From an archaeon (lineage in GTDB: Archaea > Nanobdellota > Nanobdellia > Woesearchaeales > GCA-2686295), in contig JBDRCD010000010.1 of assembly GCA_043822105.1 (NCBI GenBank), forward strand, positions 86,685-150,684: a stretch of DNA of 64,000 nucleotides, written 5' to 3'. The position numbers and the translations under genes were made by a program. Every line of letters begins with the position of its first letter. The stretch's first letter is position 1. This document shows, one piece after another, positions 29,586 through 38,983 of this stretch. The notes under the pieces were generated by a model, which saw only the letters and a list, made by a program, of their open reading frames with translations, was not told the origin of the DNA and ran no database searches.

Positions 29586-31346
29586 ATGTCAACGAGAAGT
29601 CCTATTGTATCGGTTTTGGGTCATGTAGATCATGGAAAATCATCCATTTTGGATGCAATTAGAGGAACCAACATTGTTTCAGGCGAAGCAGGTGCCATAA
29701 CCCAGGCAATCGGAGCTTCAATAATTCCATTGGATGTTGTTAAAAAGAAATGCGGAAAACTTCTCGAAGCATTGAATATGAAATTTACAATTCCAGGACT
29801 TCTTTTTATTGACACTCCAGGCCACGCAGCCTTCACAACCCTTAGAAAAAGGGGAGGAAGCCTTGCAGACATTGCAATAGTTGTGGTTGATATCAACGAA
29901 GGTTTTAAACCTCAAACAATTGAAGCAATTGAGGTGCTCAAAGGCTACAAAACACCTTTTATAATTGCTGCAAACAAGGTGGACAGGATTGCAGGGTATA
30001 CAAAACATTATGATTCCTTGCTCCAGGACGTCAAAGCACAGCAGCCAAATGTCCAGGGGGAGATTGACAAGAAACTCTACGAGCTTGTCGGACAACTGCA
30101 TGACAGATTTCATCTGGTTGCAGAAAGGTTTGATAGAGTTTCAAGCTACACAGAACAAATAGCAATAATTCCATGTTCTGCAACACAACAGATAGGACTG
30201 CAGGAACTTTTGATGGTAATAACTGGTCTTGCACAGAAATACTTGGAAGAAAATCTGAAAAGCGACGTAACCGGCAATGCAAAGGGAACAATTCTTGAAA
30301 TCAAAGAAGAAAAGGGTCTTGGAAAAACCATTGATGTGATAATATATGACGGTATGCTATCTGTCAATGATACAATTGTGATAGGATCCTTGGGCGGCGC
30401 AGTAACAACAAAAGTAAGAGCTCTTCTGGAACCGGATTCACTTGCAGAAATGCGAGACAAAAAAAGCAAATTCAAAACAGTAAGACAGGTGTGCGCTGCA
30501 ACAGGAGTGAAGATTTCGGCGCCGGAACTTGATGGTGTTATGGCAGGTATGCCTCTGAGATCATGCAAACCAAACGAAGTTGAAGCTGTCAAGAAAAACC
30601 TGATGAAAGAAGTTGAAAAAGTAATGATAGAAACCGATGACACAGGAATTATAATTAAAGCAGACACTCTGGGAAGTTTGGAAGCAATGATTAATATTTT
30701 GAGAGGAAAAAAGATTCCCATCAGAAAAGCAACAATCGGAAACATCACAAAGAAAGATTATACAGATGCAGAGAGCAACTATGAAAAAGATCCGTTGCTG
30801 TCTGTGATTCTGGGTTTCAATGTTGTTGATGAAGTAGAGCTTAACAACAAGCATGTAAAAATTTTGATAAATGAAGTAATCTATCGGTTGGTTCAGGACT
30901 ATGAAGTATGGCAGGAAGAAGCTAAAAAAGCCGAGGAAGCAAAACAGTTAGATTCTCTAGTTAGGCCTGTGAAGATGGAGGTTCTAAATGGTTGCATATT
31001 CAGGCAGAGCAATCCCTGTATAATGGGTGTTGAAGTAATGGTCGGAACACTTAAAGCAGGAACACCTGTTCTAAGCAAATTCCGAAGACTTTCAGAGGTA
31101 AAGTCAATGCAGGCAGAAAATGTTAATGTTGCAAAAGCCGAAAAAGGAAAACAGATTGCGGTATCAATCCCAAACATCATGGCAGAAAGGCATGTCAACG
31201 AAGGGGATATTCTATATTCAGACATTCCTGAAGAAGACTTTATCAAACTGAAAAAACTTACAAAGTTCTTATCAAAAGAAGAGATTGAAGTTATGAAGGA
31301 AGTTGCAGAGATAAAAAGAAAAAATAATCCTATGTGGGGTGTGTGA
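29586..31346 (+). CDS. infB: Translation initiation factor aIF5B (IF-2)
   Basis: GHVDHGKS, ITQAIGA, DTPGH, NKVD and ADTLGSLEA. Confidence 0.98.
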   Translation: MSTRSPIVSVLGHVDHGKSSILDAIRGTNIVSGEAGAITQAIGASIIPLDVVKKKCGKLLEALNMKFTIPGLLFIDTPGHAAFTTLRKRGGSLADIAIVVVDINEGFKPQTIEAIEVLKGYKTPFIIAANKVDRIAGYTKHYDSLLQDVKAQQPNVQGEIDKKLYELVGQLHDRFHLVAERFDRVSSYTEQIAIIPCSATQQIGLQELLMVITGLAQKYLEENLKSDVTGNAKGTILEIKEEKGLGKTIDVIIYDGMLSVNDTIVIGSLGGAVTTKVRALLEPDSLAEMRDKKSKFKTVRQVCAATGVKISAPELDGVMAGMPLRSCKPNEVEAVKKNLMKEVEKVMIETDDTGIIIKADTLGSLEAMINILRGKKIPIRKATIGNITKKDYTDAESNYEKDPLLSVILGFNVVDEVELNNKHVKILINEVIYRLVQDYEVWQEEAKKAEEAKQLDSLVRPVKMEVLNGCIFRQSNPCIMGVEVMVGTLKAGTPVLSKFRRLSEVKSMQAENVNVAKAEKGKQIAVSIPNIMAERHVNEGDILYSDIPEEDFIKLKKLTKFLSKEEIEVMKEVAEIKRKNNPMWGV

Positions 31347-31349
31347 TCT

Positions 31350-31808
31350 ATGCAAAACCTAAAAATCCTTAATTCAAAAGAAAAAAAGAACATTCTTAAA
31401 GTCCTAAAGGAGCAGTTTAACTACAAGGAAAAGCCAGACTATGTGTTTCTGCAAAATTCTAACGACAGAATATATGTCATCCACAGGGACATGGAGAAAA
31501 TGGATCTGAAAAAACTAAGAATTGATTCCATTGGAATTTATTTTGCAACCCTAATGCCAGAAGGCATAAGACTCAGCATTGAAGGAAGCCAAATCGTCGG
31601 AAAGACTGCAAAGAAAAACATTTTGGAACTTAACAAAGAACAGTTTGAAAATTGGTTGAAAGGAGCTGATTTTGACATAGAAACAAAACTAAAAAACTTT
31701 GTTCTGGTAAAATATAAAGGCGATTTTCTTGGTTGCGGTAAGGTAAAAGATGGCAAACTTCTAAACTATGTTCCGAAAGCGAGAAGGCTGAGTGTTGTTA
31801 ATATTTAG
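31350..31808 (+). CDS. PUA-like protein (RsmF/NOL1 C-terminal or NIP7-like)
   Basis: RLSIEGSQIVG and LGCGKVKDGKLLNYVPKARR. Confidence 0.7.
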   Translation: MQNLKILNSKEKKNILKVLKEQFNYKEKPDYVFLQNSNDRIYVIHRDMEKMDLKKLRIDSIGIYFATLMPEGIRLSIEGSQIVGKTAKKNILELNKEQFENWLKGADFDIETKLKNFVLVKYKGDFLGCGKVKDGKLLNYVPKARRLSVVNI

Positions 31809-32985
31809 GAGTTTTCATTATTAAATCCATTCTATTAAAAATAGTCATTAGGTAGGGCTTCAAATGTTCATATATTGGATTTCTTTTTTCTCTTCGAAGC
31901 ATTTCCTGTTTTTCAACATATCTGTCGTGATTTATTTTTTTATTCTCTTTTTCAGTATGTTTTGCAAGTTGGTCCATTATTTGAATTTCGAAAACTTCAT
32001 TGTAGAAATTTCCTTTGAAATCACTGACTTTCATAGGGAAGTTTATCTTGATTCTTGAGTGATCAGGACTTACTTTATAGTCTTTTCTTGGAAAATTCTT
32101 AAATTCAGGCTCAATGATTCTTCCATAGTTTTGTCTAGCTATTTTTACAATTTCATCACTAATATATTTACAGGCTTCTTCGTCAATTCCTATTATTCTT
32201 AGGGCTGCCAGATCAAACATTTGATTGCTTCTTTCCGGATTCATATTTGTTATTATATCAATGAATTTTTCTACGAATCTTCCTGCAGATTTCATCCTTC
32301 CGCCCATTTCAACTGCATATTTTGATACAATGTCTTTTATAACTTTGAATTGGTTTCCTGCTGATACATAGAATGTTTCTCCGTTGCATTTCTTGGTTTC
32401 ACAATCTTTGTCAAGTTCTCTTTTTTTGAATTTAATGAAAAATTCTTTGTCTGTTCTTGGAGTATTAACATTGTCAGCTTTTAGTGTTGTCTCATTGCAA
32501 CTCTGACATCTAATTTCGTATGTGTGTAGAACTTCATATTCTAATTGATTTCCTTTTCCATCAACAAAGAACTTTCGGATAAGTTGATTTTCAATGAATT
32601 TAAGCATAGTTTGTTCTTTTTGTTCTATAATATCTGTTACTGCATAATAAATATCTTCCAACTCTTTTTTTGGAAGAGCTTTATCAAGAACTTTTGTAAT
32701 GTATTCTGATTTTAAGTTTGTTGTATTTTTTCCTAATTTTTCCAATTCTTTTATCTTTATCTGTTTGTTTGCTATCTCTTCAAGATCCGACTGATTTACA
32801 TAACTTCGAAGTATTCTTTTATTTGTCTCTGCTTGTTTTGGAGTAAGGCTTGTTTGGTATTTATTTGCATCATCAAGTATTTGTTCAAGCAACTGGACCC
32901 TGCAGATTATTTTTTCCAAACTATCCTGCATTCTTTCATCTGGAAAGATTGGACTTGTTTTTGTTCTTTGTTTTGTTGCTTTCAT
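31798..32985 (-). CDS. RelA/SpoT-type nucleotidyltransferase (alarmone-synthetase-like) with Zn-ribbon
   Basis: GRMKSAGRFVEK, DLAALRII and EIQI motifs; CQSC...CETKKC. Confidence 0.65.
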   Translation of the reverse strand: MKATKQRTKTSPIFPDERMQDSLEKIICRVQLLEQILDDANKYQTSLTPKQAETNKRILRSYVNQSDLEEIANKQIKIKELEKLGKNTTNLKSEYITKVLDKALPKKELEDIYYAVTDIIEQKEQTMLKFIENQLIRKFFVDGKGNQLEYEVLHTYEIRCQSCNETTLKADNVNTPRTDKEFFIKFKKRELDKDCETKKCNGETFYVSAGNQFKVIKDIVSKYAVEMGGRMKSAGRFVEKFIDIITNMNPERSNQMFDLAALRIIGIDEEACKYISDEIVKIARQNYGRIIEPEFKNFPRKDYKVSPDHSRIKINFPMKVSDFKGNFYNEVFEIQIMDQLAKHTEKENKKINHDRYVEKQEMLRREKRNPIYEHLKPYLMTIFNRMDLIMKTPKY

Positions 32986-34532
32986 TTTCTCTCTTCCATG
33001 AAATGAAATGTTAAAGGATGATATTTATCGCCCTGAAGTATATCACTTTGGTAATGAACAAATAAGCTCTTGAATATTTCCAAGTGAACATATTGTTCTT
33101 TATGATCTCCCTTTATTTCGTTCTTAATTTCTTTTTGACCGTGAATTATCTTGTTATATATTGGTGCTAATATATCAAAAGGATGGGTTATTTTATCTCC
33201 TCTGTCAGTGTTTTCTCTGAATAGCCAACCTGTTTTTTTATATCCTTCAAATTTGTTGTCCAGATATACTTTGTCAAAAACGTCAAATTTCTTTTTTCGC
33301 CATCTTGTTCTATAAAAACTTTTTTGAATTACTTTTTTTGATAACTGTTCGGAATCCATATCCAGCTCTTTTTGTTTTCCTATTAACCATCTATGATCGG
33401 CTTTTTTTGAAATCTCTAATTCTATTTTTTTATATTTTGAGTCAAATATTTCTGCACCTATTTTATTTATTTCATGCATGATATCTGTGTCCAAAGAATG
33501 TCTGTTGTATCCTTCGCAGTGATATTTTAACAGATGATTTTCTTGGGTTTGAATTCTCATCAATGCTTGTAAGATTATGTTTTGTTTAACTTCATTTAAT
33601 GGCTCCAATGACTCATCGTAACCTCTTTCATTAATGGTTTTATTGATTTCGTCAACTATTCTGAAGGCTTTGTAAATTGTGAATAATTTTTGCTCGTTTG
33701 GAATTGATACACTCAGATTTAATTCGTGACTGCTGTTTTTAAACATCTTTTGATATGCCAGTTCTTCTAAATCCTGTATTTTCTGACTCAATGGATTTGT
33801 TGGAGTTTTGTGTTCTCTCTCTGGAAAGATGCTCATGACTTTTCTTGCTTTTGAGTAAATCCATCCTTTTGCTCCTTTTTTTATGTCATCCAATTCTTTC
33901 AGGTTTGCTATGATGTCGACTCCTTTTACAATCATTGTTGGAACTATGTATTTGTTCATCCCTTTCTTTTTCTGTTCTGCTGTAAGATGTTTGATGTTTG
34001 CTATGAAATCAGGATAGCTTCTTGCTTTATTTGTTTCTAGATTATACTTTGTAAGCTTACCAACCATGAACTCGAGTCCGTCGGCATCTTTCAGGAATTT
34101 ACTTTGTTTGTTTTTAGTTATATTTTTTTCAATGTATTCTTTAAACTCATCTTTAATGTCTGAAGGAAGAAATCTATTTTCCCCATGATAGGTTTCTTCA
34201 GGTATGTCGTGCATGAATGCGGTAATTATGTCTAAGTATGTTACTTTGTCTCCTAGAATTCCTGCAAGTAATCTTGCTACGTCAAGAGGATGTCCTGAGT
34301 AAAGTCTTCCTGTCTTTCTTTCTGCGTCGCCATGCTTCAGAAGAGTGTATTTCAGAAAATGAGTTATTATTTTTATCTCGTCGTCGTTGATATTTTTATA
34401 TGTGCCAAATTGTTTTGTTACACAGGCTTCTAAACTATCGTAATCTCCTTCTTTTGCATTTTTATAGAGATTTTCAACATTTTCTGGTCTGGTGAGATCT
34501 TTATCCTGTTGAACAATGAAAGCTAGCGACAT
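32982..34532 (-). CDS. HD-domain protein with RelA/SpoT hydrolase-like N-terminus
   Basis: H...RKTGRLYSGHPLDVA, FMHDIPEET, LTK and VKGVDIIANL. Confidence 0.75.
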   Translation of the reverse strand: MSLAFIVQQDKDLTRPENVENLYKNAKEGDYDSLEACVTKQFGTYKNINDDEIKIITHFLKYTLLKHGDAERKTGRLYSGHPLDVARLLAGILGDKVTYLDIITAFMHDIPEETYHGENRFLPSDIKDEFKEYIEKNITKNKQSKFLKDADGLEFMVGKLTKYNLETNKARSYPDFIANIKHLTAEQKKKGMNKYIVPTMIVKGVDIIANLKELDDIKKGAKGWIYSKARKVMSIFPEREHKTPTNPLSQKIQDLEELAYQKMFKNSSHELNLSVSIPNEQKLFTIYKAFRIVDEINKTINERGYDESLEPLNEVKQNIILQALMRIQTQENHLLKYHCEGYNRHSLDTDIMHEINKIGAEIFDSKYKKIELEISKKADHRWLIGKQKELDMDSEQLSKKVIQKSFYRTRWRKKKFDVFDKVYLDNKFEGYKKTGWLFRENTDRGDKITHPFDILAPIYNKIIHGQKEIKNEIKGDHKEQYVHLEIFKSLFVHYQSDILQGDKYHPLTFHFMEERK

Positions 34533-34590
34533 AGGTGTTTGTAATAGTCAGACCTTTATAAATATTGCTATTTTTACCACTGTTAAGTAA

Positions 34591-34836
34591 CTAAAGTATG
34601 TCTTCGATAGGTTTTTTGTTTGCCTTAGGTGTTTTGGCCATCTCATTTGCCTGTTTCTGCAGGTCGATGCCCATATCCTTTAAAGCACCAATGTGCATTT
34701 GCATCAACTGCTCGACAATCTGTAGAATTCTGGAAAGTTCCTGTCTCTCCTTTGCAAGTGTGCTTAGTGATCCTTTGTGAAAACCTATTTGTTCTTGTTT
34801 GCCCTGGGGCTCTGCTACGTTTTTTTCGTCTGCCAT
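34591..34836 (-). CDS. Small coiled-coil hypothetical protein
   Basis: ORF track; GGAGG RBS upstream. Confidence 0.7.
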   Translation of the reverse strand: MADEKNVAEPQGKQEQIGFHKGSLSTLAKERQELSRILQIVEQLMQMHIGALKDMGIDLQKQANEMAKTPKANKKPIEDIL

Positions 34837-34983
34837 CTTATCCTCCTATAAATGTAATGTTTTTATGAAATGATGCTTGTTTTATAAATATTTCTGAACA
34901 TAAAATTCGGAAATTCAAAAAATTTATTTTTTGTTATTTCTCATAGCAAAAACATTATAAACCATAAGATTTTTTCATAATAC

Positions 34984-36912
34984 ATGATTTTAGGACATAT
35001 TATTGGAAAGATAACTCCGACAGATTTCTCATTCAAGCTGGAAAAAGAGACAAAGAAGTTTGAATATATTCAGGTATATCATCAGGTATATGATTTTGTG
35101 CTCTGTCAGATAGTGGACCTCGAAACCACCGGCGATGGAACAATCGCAAAATGCAAGACAATCGGTTTCAAGGACAAGGACGAAAAAATAAAACCCATGA
35201 GAATGCCGTTTGACCCGAGTGCAGAAGTTCTAAAGGCGGAAAATGACTTCATAAAAGAGATAATAAAACTCGATAAAAAAGAAGACGGAGCATTCATAGG
35301 AAAACTTGACGGAAAAGACATTGACGTGTATCTTGACCTGAAAAAACTGCTGACAAAACACTGTGCAGTTCTGGCAAAGTCGGGAGCAGGAAAGAGCTAC
35401 ACAGTAGGAGTGCTTGTTGAAGAAATACTTGAAAGAAGAATACCGTTGCTAATCATTGATCCGCACGGTGAATATTCAAAGATACGCTATGAAAACACAA
35501 AGGAAAAAGATAAGCTGGCGGAGTTTGGAATAGAACCAAAAGCATACGACGTAAAAGAATACGGCGATCCCAAAGTCAATGAAGGAGTGATACCTCTAAA
35601 ACTGACAAAGAACATAACCGACTCAGAACTAATACATCTGCTTCCTGCAAAGCTCTCAAGCACACAGCTTGGAATACTCTACAGTGCCCTGAAAAACATT
35701 GATAATCTAAACTTCAAAAAACTGCTTTTGGAATTGGAGCAGGATGAGAGTTCAGCAAAGTGGAGCATCATAAACGTGATAGAATACTTGGACAATCTAA
35801 ATATATTCTCAGATTCACCCACATCATACAAAGAACTAATTTCACCGGGAACCTGCTCCATAATAAACGTCAAAGGCATGCCGCCGGACATACAGAGCAT
35901 AATTGTCTACAAACTTTGCAAGGATTTGTTTGAGATGAGAAAAAGAAACGAAATACCTCCATTCTTTTTGGTTTTGGAAGAAGCACATAATTTTTGTCCT
36001 GAAAGAAGCTTTGGAGAAACAAAAAGCTCACAGGTACTTCGAACCATTGCCAGCGAAGGAAGAAAATTCGGGCTGGGATTCTGTGTCATAAGTCAGAGAC
36101 CTGCAAGAGTCGACAAGTCGGTTCTGAGCCAGTGTACAACGCAAATAATACTCAAAGTGACAAATCCAAACGACCTGAAAGCCATCTCCAACAGCGTCGA
36201 AGGAATAACTTCAGAATCAGAAGGAGAAATAAGAAACCTACCAATAGGAACAGCGCTTGTTTCAGGAGTTGTAGACATACCGCTTTTTGTCAACATCAGA
36301 CCGAGAAAAAGTATGCACGGCGGAGAAGCAGTGAATATTCTAGATGGAGAAGAAAGAGATGCCATGGAAGAACTGAAAAGCTTTGAGAAAAAAGATTTGC
36401 TTCCAATAATCAAGCCGAGAACTTCTGTAAAAGACATAAAGCTGATGAGCGAAAAAGAAGTCAAGGTAAAAACAAAACTCATCCCCGCAGCAATTGTGAC
36501 CTGTGAGGACTTTGAAGGAGAGTTCAAGGTGCTGATTGAAACAGTAGGTGGAGAAATAGTTGTTGACAAGGAAAAATTCGTGACGAAAAAAATTCCTGAC
36601 CTGGGTGAACTTGGCAGTGACGGTTTGAGAGTCATAAAGAAAGTTTTCAAGCAGATGCCGGTTTATGATGACGAAGCAAAGATACTGATTGATAAGGGTT
36701 ATCTGAAAAAGAACAAGAAATTATCAGATGATTACATTTTTTCTAAACTAAGAACTGCACAGACCTATGAGAACATAGAATTTCTTAGTTTGTCATACGA
36801 TGACAGGATTGAAGCGGTGATGGGTGAAGAAACAATTAAAAATAAAATCTCAAAGGTTGTGAAGATAAAAAGTGTTAAAGAATGCTTCGTCGTGAAGTAT
36901 GAAGTTTCATAG
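34984..36912 (+). CDS. HerA/DUF87-family ATPase
   Basis: HAS-barrel-like N-terminus, AKSGAGKS, IDPHGEY, LEEAH, EGRKFG and SQRP. Confidence 0.9.
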   Translation: MILGHIIGKITPTDFSFKLEKETKKFEYIQVYHQVYDFVLCQIVDLETTGDGTIAKCKTIGFKDKDEKIKPMRMPFDPSAEVLKAENDFIKEIIKLDKKEDGAFIGKLDGKDIDVYLDLKKLLTKHCAVLAKSGAGKSYTVGVLVEEILERRIPLLIIDPHGEYSKIRYENTKEKDKLAEFGIEPKAYDVKEYGDPKVNEGVIPLKLTKNITDSELIHLLPAKLSSTQLGILYSALKNIDNLNFKKLLLELEQDESSAKWSIINVIEYLDNLNIFSDSPTSYKELISPGTCSIINVKGMPPDIQSIIVYKLCKDLFEMRKRNEIPPFFLVLEEAHNFCPERSFGETKSSQVLRTIASEGRKFGLGFCVISQRPARVDKSVLSQCTTQIILKVTNPNDLKAISNSVEGITSESEGEIRNLPIGTALVSGVVDIPLFVNIRPRKSMHGGEAVNILDGEERDAMEELKSFEKKDLLPIIKPRTSVKDIKLMSEKEVKVKTKLIPAAIVTCEDFEGEFKVLIETVGGEIVVDKEKFVTKKIPDLGELGSDGLRVIKKVFKQMPVYDDEAKILIDKGYLKKNKKLSDDYIFSKLRTAQTYENIEFLSLSYDDRIEAVMGEETIKNKISKVVKIKSVKECFVVKYEVS

Positions 36913-36965
36913 ACGACAAAAATCTTTTCGAAAACTTTTTAAATAAATTCGGCTTATTTTTTTCT

Positions 36966-37236
36966 GGGGGTGGAGATCGCAGACGATTTTCAACTTGAAT
37001 CAAAACTTTCGTGATAAATGTTTTGAGAAATCAAATATGCTTCGGCAAATTTGAACGTGAAGTCTTCGGACAACACAATGCCAATAGGAACTAACCAAGC
37101 AAAAAGAGATGTGCTAGGAAAAGCCTAAAGGGAGCCAAGCTCATGACACGGAAACGATGAACCGGATTCTCTTCGAAGGTTCACCAGTAGGGATGATTCA
37201 CAAAAAAGTTGGATAACAGAAGCGATTTCAACCTCT
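36966..37236 (+). ncRNA. Unidentified structured non-coding RNA (~270 nt)
   Basis: 5' and 3' ends pair; nested helices; UUCG and GAAA tetraloop hairpins; TTTAAATA box about 25 nt upstream. Confidence 0.7.
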
Positions 37237-37244
37237 CTTTCTAA

Positions 37245-38237
37245 TCATGAAATAACTGTTCTCCAATTGTAATTTCTGACTTTTGCATGTCCTTGAGCCA
37301 TAAATGTGGATCCTGCTTTTTCTTTCAAAACAAGACCCCACAACAGAATTTCTTTTTCAGCAATTGTAAGTTTTCTGGCTTTTTCATCCTTTGAAGTCTG
37401 GATTAATACATTATGCAATAATTTATTATAGTAATCGACTGTTTTTTCTGATGGTATTGCAAATTGACTCATGTGCAGTGGAACCTTTTTTCCTCTTTTT
37501 ATGTAGTAATCAATTGTTGAAAGGTAGGCTGCTACATCGTGAGCACAGAAGTTGAATATCTTTGAGCTTTCTTTGGAATGTTCACTTGTATATCTGATAT
37601 TGTAAAATTTACTTTCGCAGTGGTGAACTGTACTTATTGCATAGGCAATTCCCCATTTGAATATTCCGTATTCAACCGGAACCGATAACAACTTTACTTC
37701 ATGTCTTTTGTGATTTTTTCTTCTAGAAGGTATTTTTGTTGTTACTTCTGCACCATCCATTCTTACTCTTGCGGCATCGCTGTAGGGTTTTACATCAATG
37801 TTCGCGGTAAACTGATTGCTTTCTGGCTGATGTGCATGTGTATAAATTTTTGTACCTTCAACATTTTCAACCAGGGAAATTTTTCTGGTTCTGAAATCAG
37901 TTCCGACGAAAGGTTTGAAACTAATTCCGCTTTTATAAGGATCCTTTATGTTGTTAAGGGCTTCTATTCTCCGTGAAGCAGGAAGCATGTCATCATCTAT
38001 TGCTTCATCGATGGATTTATACCTGTGGAGTTTAACATCGGCTCCGTGTTTCATAAAATGTCTTGACCCTTTGAATCTTGATGGAATAATATTTGCTTTG
38101 ATTATCAGACCTTCGTCTTCCTTTAAATTGATAATATTTTGTACAAGGTTTCTAGATACTTCTATAATTTTGCTATACTGTTTTATTTGTCCTACAGTCG
38201 ATTCCTTGAAGAAAGTCTTCTTCTCATCCTTTGCCAT
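37245..38237 (-). CDS. Hypothetical protein with SWIM-like Zn motif
   Basis: HHC...FCAH. Confidence 0.6.
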   Translation of the reverse strand: MAKDEKKTFFKESTVGQIKQYSKIIEVSRNLVQNIINLKEDEGLIIKANIIPSRFKGSRHFMKHGADVKLHRYKSIDEAIDDDMLPASRRIEALNNIKDPYKSGISFKPFVGTDFRTRKISLVENVEGTKIYTHAHQPESNQFTANIDVKPYSDAARVRMDGAEVTTKIPSRRKNHKRHEVKLLSVPVEYGIFKWGIAYAISTVHHCESKFYNIRYTSEHSKESSKIFNFCAHDVAAYLSTIDYYIKRGKKVPLHMSQFAIPSEKTVDYYNKLLHNVLIQTSKDEKARKLTIAEKEILLWGLVLKEKAGSTFMAQGHAKVRNYNWRTVIS

Positions 38238-38308
38238 AAAGAATGGAAATGAAAAGTTATATTAAAATGTTTACAAATGTATATAAATAACATTGATTTT
38301 CTGGATTT

Positions 38309-38980
38309 ATGGGAAGTGAACCAATATTTGTTCCTGATGATCAGAGGTATGCTTTGAATCAGTTTGAGATTCCTAAAAAGTATGTTAAGGATTTGTCTTC
38401 TATTATGATTTCTAGTGGTCAGATAAATAATAGGATAGAAAAATTGGCTAAAGATGTTAATGAGGTATACGCCGGTAAAGACATTTTTTTGTTATGTGTT
38501 TTAAAAGGAGCGTTTAACTTCTTTGCTGACCTAGTGCACTTCTTGGATAAGTATGATGACACTTTTGGTTTTGATTTCATAAGAGTAAGTTCCTATGACG
38601 GAAGAAAAAGCACTGGTGAACTGATGATTACTGAAGAACATGTGCTTAAGAATGTTGTTGGGAAAGATGTGCTTGTGGTGGAGGACATTGTTGATTCGGC
38701 ACTCACCATGTCTGGGCTTAGCTATATTCCTGGAAAAGAAATAACTGGCGGACTTATTGGACTGATAAAAAAATACAATCCAGAATCCGTCAGAACCATA
38801 TCCTTGCTCACGAAAAGAACCGATGAGAATAATGGTTACCAACCAGATTTTGCAGGATTTTCAATACCAAATGAATTTGTTGTTGGTTACGGACTTGATT
38901 ATAATCAACGTTTCAGAAGCGTTCCTCATATTGCAATTATGAGTGAGGCAGGAATTAAAAAGTATGAAAAGAAGAAATAG
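38309..38980 (+). CDS. hpt: Hypoxanthine-guanine phosphoribosyltransferase
   Basis: CVLKGAF, VLVVEDIVDS and FVVGYGLDY. Confidence 0.93.
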   Translation: MGSEPIFVPDDQRYALNQFEIPKKYVKDLSSIMISSGQINNRIEKLAKDVNEVYAGKDIFLLCVLKGAFNFFADLVHFLDKYDDTFGFDFIRVSSYDGRKSTGELMITEEHVLKNVVGKDVLVVEDIVDSALTMSGLSYIPGKEITGGLIGLIKKYNPESVRTISLLTKRTDENNGYQPDFAGFSIPNEFVVGYGLDYNQRFRSVPHIAIMSEAGIKKYEKKK

Positions 38981-38983
38981 GCT

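Noticed and set aside
36966-37236. tmRNA (5' GGGGGTG; short frame GCA AAT...GCC TAA)
   Set aside because: No T-arm or CCA end, and tmRNA is not expected in archaea
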